NCBI GenBank assembly: GCA_030390025.1
Contig: CM059431.1
Coordinates: forward strand, 120,778,001-120,842,000
Origin: Squalus acanthias
Lineage: Eukaryota
Reading direction: 5' to 3'
Length of the DNA stretch: 64,000 nucleotides
Shown: positions 52,908 to 61,690 of the stretch, piece after piece
Position numbering within the stretch: position 1 is the first letter of the stretch
Layout: each line of letters opens with the position of its first letter
Made by a program: the position numbers and the translations under genes
The notes under the pieces: model-generated
Seen by the model: the letters and a program-made list of their open reading frames with translations, nothing else
Databases searched by the model: none
Told to the model about the DNA's origin: nothing

Positions 52908-53925
52908 TGTAAGGGGTTTTGTGTCGTGCTTGTATCGCAGACGGTGCTGGTACGGGGTTAGGCCTTTGTTGCCTAATACTATTGCTTGCTCTGGTCTCTG
53001 TCCAGCCTTGTTGCAATAAGCACCTGTGAGTGGTTCGACCCACTCGCCCTTACGGTTCTAACACTGGACTCAGGTGCGAGAGCAGTAATGCAGAGAAAAA
53101 CTCAAATAGACTCGGCTGAATAGTACGAAATGGAAATCTTTATTGCATAGCGTCCAAGATCATGAAGTACATGTCATAGGCGCAAATTAACGAGAGTACA
53201 AGTATACATACATTCATAAAGCTTGGTCTATGGTAATGAAGAACACACGGCACATCGTAAAAAGGGGAACACATTATACTTTATCCTTAATAAAACCACC
53301 CTCCCTTATCAATACCTACACTACATCTAGATTTGTAGGATCGGGAAACATGCTCACCACTCGTGATACTGTAGAATTCGCAATATATCGCGATTTGATT
53401 AATGAGGAGAAAACACAAGTTTCGTTCAAACAGCTTTTATTTCAGCAGAATGCTGGCAGGTTTAAATTGGACACAAGCAGCCTGTAAAATGGCCACCGCA
53501 CCTCGTGACAGAACATTCTAGACTTTTCAACAGGCAGACAAGATGGCGTTCCAATAAACATTTGTGCAAGATCGATTAAGATGCAGCACAGTGAAGATAA
53601 TACACGAGACATTATGGGTTTGCAGTATAAACATAGATACTGGAATCGGTCTCCCAGGTACAAAGGAAAGCCATTGTACCGAGTAATCAAGGGCCCATCC
53701 AAAGGACATTAATATGTAAAATCCCAACGACTCTACGATGAGAGAGCCGTTAGCAGGTAGTTATACAGGACACTTGGAAGCCCCAAACCCCTCCAGGGAG
53801 AACACCGACCGATTTAACAATGGGAGAAATATTAACAGGTACTCAGACATTTACGAGTAGCCCCGAAACCCATTAAGAACGGAGATCACCCATACAAGAC
53901 ATTTGGGCGCCAAACCCTAAACAAA

Positions 53926-53999
53926 AGAATGGACATTATAGTTGGGCGGGAAACGGAAGATTTTTGCACTATAATTGCAGGCTCCAAACCGTCCATTCT
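53926..53999. promoter_or_regulatory. Candidate bidirectional core promoter at LTR centre
   Basis: GTCCATTCT on - (53926-34) and + (53991-99); ATTATAGT / ACTATAAT inverted pair (53935-42, 53968-75) around GGCGGGAAA (E2F-like) and CGGAAG (ETS-like). Confidence 0.5.
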
Positions 54000-54207
54000 C
54001 TCTCTTGCTCTTGCATTCGCTCGCTTGCTCCTGTGTTTTATCCGGTCGATTCGTAACCTCGTGGCTGCTCCTGTGTACTCGTAGTTGGGCTTCTGCTTGC
54101 CCGTTGCCTCTTCTGAAAAGACTGTTGAACTTTCTGATCCGTTCAGATCTACCTCGTGTCGCGTAACGAAGACCTATGTTGGTAACTGGCAGCGGAACCA
54201 AAGGCCC

Positions 54208-54236
54208 GAGATGAGATGAGATGAGATGAGATGAGA
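54208..54236. repeat. (GAGAT)n microsatellite within LTR
   Basis: Five-plus GAGAT units. Confidence 0.9.
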
Positions 54237-54782
54237 GGAGAAGAGAGGAAGACCATATCCATCGCCACGGTCAGTAAATCCCGACCGCGCCTGTAGGTCG
54301 ATCAGCCAAGTTTTCCTCGCCAGGAAGATTTCTATTTTGAACTTTTAACAAAACATATTGCATCGACGATAACGGGACTGTGTCTAAGGAGACTGGTACG
54401 TGAAACCAACCAACAGAGATCTTCATCACAGCAGACGGTCCAGCCTACTAGCCGGAGCAGCAGAAGCAAGTAAACAAGTGGGACCAGGAGATCTCCTGAC
54501 CGACACGTGGGTGCTGCGGTGAAAAACATCCGATCAGCTATTCGGAATTTCTCCGAGTTATCACGAGTGGTGAGCATGAGTCTCGAGATCCTACGAAGCT
54601 AGTTTAGGATAGATATTGATAGGGGAGGGTTTAAGGATTAAGGATATTTGTAATGTGTGCCCCTATTTACTTTGTGCCGTTCGTTCCTCGTTTCCCTAAG
54701 ATCGACTATATAACTGTTTGTAAGATTGTACTGTCATTAATCTGTGCTTATGACATGTATTTCATAATTTTAAGTATCATGC

Positions 54783-54788
54783 AATAAA
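54783..54788 (+). terminator. LTR polyadenylation signal (mirror copy on - at 53139-53144)
   Basis: AATAAA ~250 bp before LTR end, conserved in both arms and in the solo LTR. Confidence 0.7.
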
Positions 54789-55043
54789 GATTTTCCATTT
54801 CGTACCTTTCAAACCAAGTCTACATGAGTTTTATCTCCATTACTGCTCTCGCATCTAAGTCCAGTGTCTAGAACCGTAAGGGAGAGTGATTCGAACCACT
54901 CACAGGTGTGTCTAGTGTTCCCAGACTGGCTGGAGACCAGAACAGGCAACCAGGCCTAGACCCGCACTGACATACAGGCTGCACAGAGCCGCGTGAATCT
55001 CACAGGCTGCGAGACACGCAGGGTCAGGAATCCCTTACAGAAA

Positions 55044-56854
55044 ATGGCGACCGCGGCAGGACACTGGCAGCGAGAGGGTAGTGTGTTAGATTTTGGAATG
55101 ACTGTACGAAATGTTATGCAGGAAAAGATAGCGGATTATGTGTTTGGAAAGGTTAATCTAACCAAGAAATGGATAAGTGAATTGTTAGCGGATAAGAGCC
55201 CACTAGAGGCAGCTGAAAGGTGGACAGATAGTAAAGAACATAGAAAGACACTTGAGAAAGCAGTCTGGCTTATGTGCTACAAAAGGCAGGTTCAGATTTC
55301 AAACCAGACCATTACAGCGCTAGTAGCTCGAATCAGTCATTTAGAGGGAGAAATGGAGGAGAAGGTTTCTGGAGGGGAGGTGCTCATTAAGAATTTAAAT
55401 GAGTTACACCAGGAAAGCCAGGAAGTCTCCAGTCACCTTAAAACAAGGATAGAGTATCTCGAGTGCCAGGTCACTGAGGCAAAATTGAATGAGAGCAGGT
55501 TAAAGGAAAGATGTAACCGCCAAGCTGCCCAGATAAGAACTCAAGAAGAGAGCTTAATGGGGGTTAGGTCGGCATATAAGTTGGCCCTTGAGGATAAGTT
55601 TCAGGGAGCCGACCATAGCGCCTGCCAAAGGGAGATAGAGAACCTCAAAAAGGCCGTGAACATTGCGAACGGCATGGTGTGCCTTATCAATCCGTCGGCG
55701 CACCAGCCGCTAGTAAATGAGAGATTTAGAAAATCCCCACCAAGTAAAGCAGAAGAAGTAGTAGCCACTGCGCCCTCCGCGCCACCCAGCTATTCAGAAA
55801 CCTGGGTTAGGGAGGAAGCAATGGAAGAAACAAAAGAGCCCATTGAAAAGGAAGTAGAAAAGGGATCGCTGTATCCAGTAACGGGTATTAAAAGGGGCCC
55901 AAGCAGAAACGGTGGGAAGAACCGGGGGATCTCCTCGGACAGCTGGTGTTGCCTCACAGTTCACATCAGCTGAGAGCTATGATAAATCACGTACGGAAGC
56001 TGACCGAGATAGACGACCCTTCCGTACATTTCAGAGAAGTTGAGCAAGCCGCAGCCATTAACGGCTGCGATGATGGGGAGACAGCAAAAATGCTGCTGTT
56101 CTCATTAGACAGCTCGGTCCTTCAGTGTCTCTCAGGCGAGAGCAAGAGGGGAAACAAGAGTTATGAGGAATTAAAGAATGAGGTCCTAGAAGTGTTGGGG
56201 GCGAACGACGAAGGTCCGTTTGCTAGAGTGGGACAGACAGTGCAGATGGAGGGAGAACCCCCGAAGGTTTTTGCCGACAGGCTGTGGCCAGTATATGAGC
56301 GCAGCTGTCTAGGTGCGCCCGAGCGCGAAGATGTGGAAGGCGCCGCTTTAACTCATTGGCTTAGGTGCATAATAGCCAACAGTTTACCAGCCGTTAGAGA
56401 GCAGGCAAAAGCATGGTTTGATCCCAATGACCTCAACCTTACGGAAGAGTCGGTCTTGAATCGACTCACGTTAGGTTATCGTAATATAAGGGGTATGACG
56501 ACACGTCCCTTTAAGGGAAGAGTACATGAGGTACGACCCGCAGCCCCGTATCAAAGAGAGTGGCATCAGGAGGGTAATCGCGCCCCACAGGCAAGTAATG
56601 CTTGTTACGGGTGTGGGAAGACAGGGCACTGGCGCAAGCATTGCAGGAACCCTTGGAAGGATTCCAAGGATAAAAATCCCGCGGTCCGAGCCCAGGCGCC
56701 TGTCCCGGCTAAGGAAGCCAAGACACCCACCCCTCCCGACGACCTCGAAGCAGTGTTAGGAGCCATGCGCAAGCTGGTCTTGAATGCGCGTGGACAGGTG
56801 GCGGTCGCAACCGGCCCCGTAGGTGCCGCAGGACCGTCTAATAATGCCCCATGA
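55044..56854 (+). CDS. gag: Gag (split by one -1 frameshift near 55915)
   Basis: ORFs 54993-55973 (coiled-coil-like, PSAPPSY) and 55946-56854 (CA-like, CYGCGKTGHWRKHC knuckle at 56603-56644); true start may be ATG 55044, 55098 or 55116. Confidence 0.85.
55045..55062 (+). promoter_or_regulatory. Primer binding site, tRNA-Arg(UCG)
   Basis: TGGCGACCGCGGCAGGAC is the reverse complement of GTCCTGCCGCGGTCGCCA, which I recall as the 3' 18 nt of vertebrate tRNA-Arg-TCG. Confidence 0.85.
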
Positions 56855-59800
56855 CTAGAACCAGCACAGCCCGTCTACCTGTGTCCGCTTAGCTATGATG
56901 CGTGGAGGCGACCTGTGGTGGAGATGGAGGTAGAGAAACAGAAGGGCAGTTATTTGTTGGACACGGGAGCTTCTTGCACCATAATCCATACAGATGACCC
57001 TTTTGACTCGCCGCTATCTACCAAGGTCCCATTCACGTTGGCAGGGTTCACAGGAAAAGAACAGGCTGGCACGTTTTCCCTTCCGCTATCCATTCGTTTA
57101 GGAACACTTCGCCTTAAGTGGAAGTGTATACTGATGGCATGGCAAAAGGGGGGTGGAAGAGGTATTCTCGGGTCCGATCTCCTAGCGGGACACGGGATCC
57201 TCGTGGACCTCAGAAATCACTGTCTCTGGGGGGCTAAAGGTGAAAAAGGCGAGGTAATAGTGATTCCGGGGGAGGAAGAAACAGGGGTCCTGTGTACCGT
57301 ACAGCCATCCGGAGGCTACGACCTCAGGCTTATGGTCGCAGATGTCCCAACGGACATGCAAACGTACGTGTCAGATAATATGCACGCGTTTGCAACCCAC
57401 AAGCACGATTGTGGGAGAGTGGTCGGGTTTGAGGTCAGCGTAGATGGGGACCCCATGACCCGACCCCAAAAGCAGTATAACTTCCCCAAAGAAGCAGAAC
57501 CCGATATGGAGACAGCAATGTCTTCCTTGGTGCAGCAGGGCGTGTTAAGGCCGATAGCCACACACGTGAACTCCCCATTATGGCCGGTTAGGAAGCCGGA
57601 TGATTCGTGGAGAGCCACGGTGGACTACAGAGTCCTTAACAGTAACATTCCCGCCTGCGCGCCCACAGTAGCAGCAGTTGCTGACCTAATAGGGAGCATC
57701 CCAGCGTCCGCGACCACGTTCACGGTGCTGGATATCTCGAACGGTTTTTGGTCCATCCCGCTGCGGCGAGAGGACCAGTACAAGTTTGCCTTTACTTTCA
57801 AAGGGCAACAGTACACGTGGAACTGTCTGCCACAGGGTTTCCACAATAGCCCCAGTATTTTTCATCAGTGTATGGCAGGAAGTTTAAGGGAGTTTAGTCA
57901 GCCCAATCAGATAGTACAGTATGTGGATGATTTGCTCCTATTTACGGACTCAAGGGAGGAGCACGGACCACTGCTGGGCGAGTTATTGGAGCTGTTAGCG
58001 AGAAAGGGTTTTAAAATAAACCCTAAGAAAGCACGTATCGGTCAGCGGGAAGTAAAATTCCTGGGACTGACCATACGCGCTGGGGAAAGAGCCATAGACA
58101 AAGCAAGGAGGGAGTCGGTGCAAGAATTACCGATTCCCAACAACGTAAGGGGTGTGAGGTCCTTCTTGGGACTGACCGGTTACTGCAGGGATTTTATCGA
58201 AGATTATGCGGCCACAGCGGCGCCGCTCCTCCGACTCCTCCATAAGGGGGTGGAGTGGTTTTGGGACGAGGGCTGCCAAGCAGCCTTCGAGAAGTTAAAA
58301 AGGGATCTGCAGACCGCGCCAGCCTTAGGGGCCATAGATGGGGGGAAGGAGTTTTTCCTGGAGGTAGCTGCCAGCGGAGACAGCTTAAGCGCCGTGCTGC
58401 TCCAAGAGCGTCACGGCAAGCTGAGGCCGGTTGTCTATTCATCCAGGGTATTAACGGATGTGGAGAGAAGTTTCTCCAATTGCGAAAGGCACCTTTTAGC
58501 CACGCATTGGGCTGTGAAAAGATCAGCGATCTTCACAGGGCTCTCTCCCATCACTCTCCTCACACATCACACACCAACTAAGATGCTTCTGGATGGGAGG
58601 ATTAAAGACGGGACCGTAAGCAGCGCACGCATTGCGCGTTGGACCCTTCTTCTCTCCCAGTTGGATCTTAGAGTAAAAGGTCTTTGCGAGCCCAGGCTTG
58701 CGGCCAATTTGGTATACCCCGGTACAGCCCACCGGTGTTCGGTGGAAGGGGTGTGGGACGTCAACATAGGTTTACGGGCCGGGATACATCCCACTGGGCG
58801 CGAGATTTATGTTGATGGGTCTAGCACAGTGTCTGCTGGCGAGCGACTCACAGGGTGTGGAGTTTATGACCCTGCGGCAGACCTTGCCCTGGCGATCAAG
58901 CTCCCTAGCACCATGAGCGCGCAGCAGGCTGAGCTGTCTGCCGTGGTGTACGTTGTGACCCACCCAGACATTTTCCCAACCCCATACACGATTTGCTCGG
59001 ACAGTATGTTCACCTGCAATTCGTGTACGGAATACCTGGCCATTTGGTCCCGCCGCGGATACACCTCCGCGGACGGGCGACCTTTAACGGTGAAGCCCTT
59101 GCTGGAAAAGATCTTAGCAGCAGCAGTAGGGGAGGAAGGAGAGATTTTCATCCATAAGGTGAAAGCTCACTCCTCCACAGAGCCCCGTGGGGAGGGCAAC
59201 CGGCAGGCGGATGCGCTAGCCAGGGAGGGTGCCCGCGACGGCACTTTCTGGAACCCCTACAGGACCGGACCCATAGCAGCGGTCCGAGGCGGGGACGGGA
59301 ATACCGGGAACACCAGGGTAGCATTGCCCCTAGACCTCAAAACCGTCCAAGCCCAGGATCCCGCCCTAAAAGCAGTCCTAAAAACGATTGCTGAGGGGAG
59401 GCAGGTAGAAGGTCCGTACAGTACGGCAACCCTCTCAGTTAAGGAAGGCATGCTGTTCCGCGAGGAGCAGTGGGTTGTGCCGCAGCAGCACAGGAGGGAA
59501 TTCCTCCAGTTGGCTCACGAGGGACCAGGGGCAGGGCACCCCGGGCCCGAGGTTACCTGGCAACGGGTAGAGCAAGCGGGATGGTGGCCAGGGCTCAGGG
59601 AACAAGTCCGCGAGTTCTGTGCAAACTGTCTTGTGTGCGCCGCAAACAACCCAGACCCCCAGAAAAGGAAGGTGCCCATGGGACACGTAAGAAGGGTAGA
59701 GGGACCATGGCAGTCGATACAGATCGACTATATAGGACCCCTGCCCACCACCCAGGGAGGTTATAAGTACTGCCTCGTCCTGGTGGATGTGTTTTCCAAG

Positions 59801-61378
59801 TGGGTGGAAGCCTTCCCTTGTCGAACAGCTACAGCACTGGGTACAGCAAAAATCTTGGTCCGGGAAGTGTTCTCGCGGTGGGGACTTCCCCGTTTTGTGG
59901 AGTCAGACCAAGGGAGTCATTTCACCGGCCAGGTGATGCAGAACACCCTCATGCTTTTGGGCATTGAAGGGAAGTGGCACGTAGCACACAATCCCCAGTC
60001 ATCCGGGATTGTTGAACGTATGAACCGGACCCTGAAGGAGAAATTGAGGAAAGAGACTAGGAACTCGCCCCAAAAATGGGCGGAAGTTCTGCCTTTAGTC
60101 CTCATGGGGGTCCGGGCCAGTCAGTCAAAAAGTACGGGGTACTCCCCGCACGAGGTAATGACTGGGAGGCTCATGCGAACCCCCACCCATGTGCTAGCGC
60201 CGGTGCTCACTGAGGGTCAGCTCCAAGAGATAAGCAGGGACAAGTTCGCCCAGACTCTCTTGGAGCGCCTGAAGCAAGTTTATGAGCAGGCGGCTGGGAA
60301 CATGGGAAGGCAGCATCAGGGCAATCGCTTGTTGCTGGAACCCCGCAAAACGCGGGAGTGGGAAGTAGGAGACCAGGTCATGGTCAGAAACTACGCCAGA
60401 GTAGGGAGTCTGGAACCACTGTATATGGGACCCTACAACATTGTAGACAAGGCGAGTCCCATGGTTTACGCCGTAAAAGTACCTCGGCGCACTAAGTGGT
60501 TCCACATAAACCAATGCAAACTGTACCAGCCGGGTGCGCAGGGGAAAACTACAGGGGTAAATCCCGCCAATGGGAAAGCACAGCCCCAGGTAGGACCACA
60601 AGGCACACAGGCAGGCATAGCAGCTTGCATCAGGGGAAGGGACATCCCGGACGATCATGCAGCGTTTTTCTGGAGTTGGGGGTTAGATGAGGAAGAACCC
60701 AGGGTACCCTGGTCAGATGAGGATAGTGCAGATGAGCATAGTGATGATGACGGGTGGTTCCTGAGGAACGGTCTGGAGGGAATGGGGCCTATAGGTAGAG
60801 ACCCACACAGAGTGGACACACAAGCTGCAGGTCCCGAGGACAGGAGGGAGGAGCTAGAGGAGGCAGGGCCAGCCGCTATAGGAGCACAGAGAGTACCGAT
60901 GTGGCTCCCAGAGATGTGGCCGCCCGCTTTGAACGTCCAGTCCTCAGGGGAGGCAGAGATCACGAGTGAAGGGCCGCCTGCTGGGCCGAGCAGGGCGGAG
61001 CCACGAACTGCCAGCCCCGAGGTTAGGGAGGCGGAGTCAGCGGAGGCGGAGCCGGCGACTGTGATGGAACCCCAGGTCATCCCGTTGGAGGTCTCGGAAC
61101 CCGGTCCGTCCGTCACGGAACCCCCGCCCATAGCAACTCCCCGTAGGTCAAGTAGAGAACCCCAGCCCAGGAGGATGTGGTCATGTCCCCAGACTGCCCC
61201 AAGGCGTAGACTTCAGGTTAAGATAACCCGGGTACAGACCGGCCACATCGCAGCAGTAACAGGCTGCGGCAGATCAGAGGGAAGGGTCAGCGCAGCAACA
61301 GGCTGCGGCAGATCAGAGGGAAGGGTCAGTGCCCTCCCACCGTCGGGAAGAGCTCGCAGCAGCCTTCTCAGAATTTAA
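56855..61378 (+). CDS. pol: Pro-Pol: protease, RT, tether, RNase H, integrase with GPY/F module, C-terminal extension
   Basis: LLDTGA (56960), LPQGFHNSP, YVDD (57920), YVDGS..SAQQAEL..SDS..GNRQAD, H-H-C-C, IDYIG/SDQG/VERMNRTLK, MGPY; open and in frame with gag from 56855. Confidence 0.97.
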   Translation, partial: LEPAQPVYLCPLSYDAWRRPVVEMEVEKQKGSYLLDTGASCTIIHTDDPFDSPLSTKVPFTLAGFTGKEQAGTFSLPLSIRLGTLRLKWKCILMAWQKGGGRGILGSDLLAGHGILVDLRNHCLWGAKGEKGEVIVIPGEEETGVLCTVQPSGGYDLRLMVADVPTDMQTYVSDNMHAFATHKHDCGRVVGFEVSVDGDPMTRPQKQYNFPKEAEPDMETAMSSLVQQGVLRPIATHVNSPLWPVRKPDDSWRATVDYRVLNSNIPACAPTVAAVADLIGSIPASATTFTVLDISNGFWSIPLRREDQYKFAFTFKGQQYTWNCLPQGFHNSPSIFHQCMAGSLREFSQPNQIVQYVDDLLLFTDSREEHGPLLGELLELLARKGFKINPKKARIGQREVKFLGLTIRAGERAIDKARRESVQELPIPNNVRGVRSFLGLTGYCRDFIEDYAATAAPLLRLLHKGVEWFWDEGCQAAFEKLKRDLQTAPALGAIDGGKEFFLEVAASGDSLSAVLLQERHGKLRPVVYSSRVLTDVERSFSNCERHLLATHWAVKRSAIFTGLSPITLLTHHTPTKMLLDGRIKDGTVSSARIARWTLLLSQLDLRVKGLCEPRLAANLVYPGTAHRCSVEGVWDVNIGLRAGIHPTGREIYVDGSSTVSAGERLTGCGVYDPAADLALAIKLPSTMSAQQAELSAVVYVVTHPDIFPTPYTICSDSMFTCNSCTEYLAIWSRRGYTSADGRPLTVKPLLEKILAAAVGEEGEIFIHKVKAHSSTEPRGEGNRQADALAREGARDGTFWNPYRTGPIAAVRGGDGNTGNTRVALPLDLKTVQAQDPALKAVLKTIAEGRQVEGPYSTATLSVKEGMLFREEQWVVPQQHRREFLQLAHEGPGAGHPGPEVTWQRVEQAGWWPGLREQVREFCANCLVCAANNPDPQKRKVPMGHVRRVEGPWQSIQIDYIGPLPTTQGGYKYCLVLVDVFSKWVEAFPCRTATALGTAKILVREVFSRWGLPRFVESDQGSHFTGQVMQNTLMLLGIEGKWHVAHNPQSSGIVERMNRTLKEKLRKETRNSPQKWAEVLPLVLMGVRASQSKSTGYSPHEVMTGRLMRTPTHVLAPVLTEGQLQEISRDKFAQTLLERLKQVYEQAAGNMGRQHQGNRLLLEPRKTREWEVGDQVMVRNYARVGSLEPLYMGPYNIVDKASPMVYAVKVPRRTKWFHINQCKLYQPGAQGKTTGVNPANGKAQPQVGPQGTQAGIAACIRGRDIPDDHAAFFWSWGLDEEEPRVPWSDEDSADEHSDDDGWFLRNGLEGMGPIGRDPHRVDTQAAGPEDRREELEEAGPAAIGAQRVPMWLPEMWPPALNVQSSGEAEITSEGPPAGPSRAEPRTASPEVREAESAEAEPATVMEPQVIPLEVSEPGPSVTEPPPIATPRRSSREPQPRRMWSCPQTAPRRRLQVKITRVQTGHIAAVTGCGRSEGRVSAATGCGRSEGRVSALPPSGRARSSLLRI

Positions 61379-61690
61379 AGGGGCCGCCCTGAGAACGGGC
61401 GGCACTGTAAAGTTATAGTTCTAAGTTTTAAGTTTATAAGTAACAAGGTTAAGTTTTAAGTTTATAGTTCAAGGTTAAGGTTGTAATTTTAATAAGGCTA
61501 AGTTTGTAGTGTTTTTAACAGAAAACGATAAATGATGGGAGTTTTAAGGTTAGGTTTAGAGGAAGTTTATTCAGCAAACGTTGAAGCTTACGTGAGGCGA
61601 GGTCAGGGGACCCGCTCACCCTTCACAAGAGCCAGAGACTCTTGCGAGGCTGGCTACCTCATTCTATCTGATCACAGGAACCAAGGAAGG

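Larger units (their letters stand above)
52908..55039 (+). repeat. 5' LTR (2132 bp)
   Basis: TGTAAGGG...CCCTTACA termini; PBS 5 nt downstream; AATAAA 54783; left boundary coincides with CR1 interruption. Confidence 0.8.

Noticed and set aside
54707..54713. TATATAA as the LTR TATA box
   Set aside because: Not conserved in the mirror arm and lies downstream of the conserved donor; the central motif cluster fits better, though this site is not excluded
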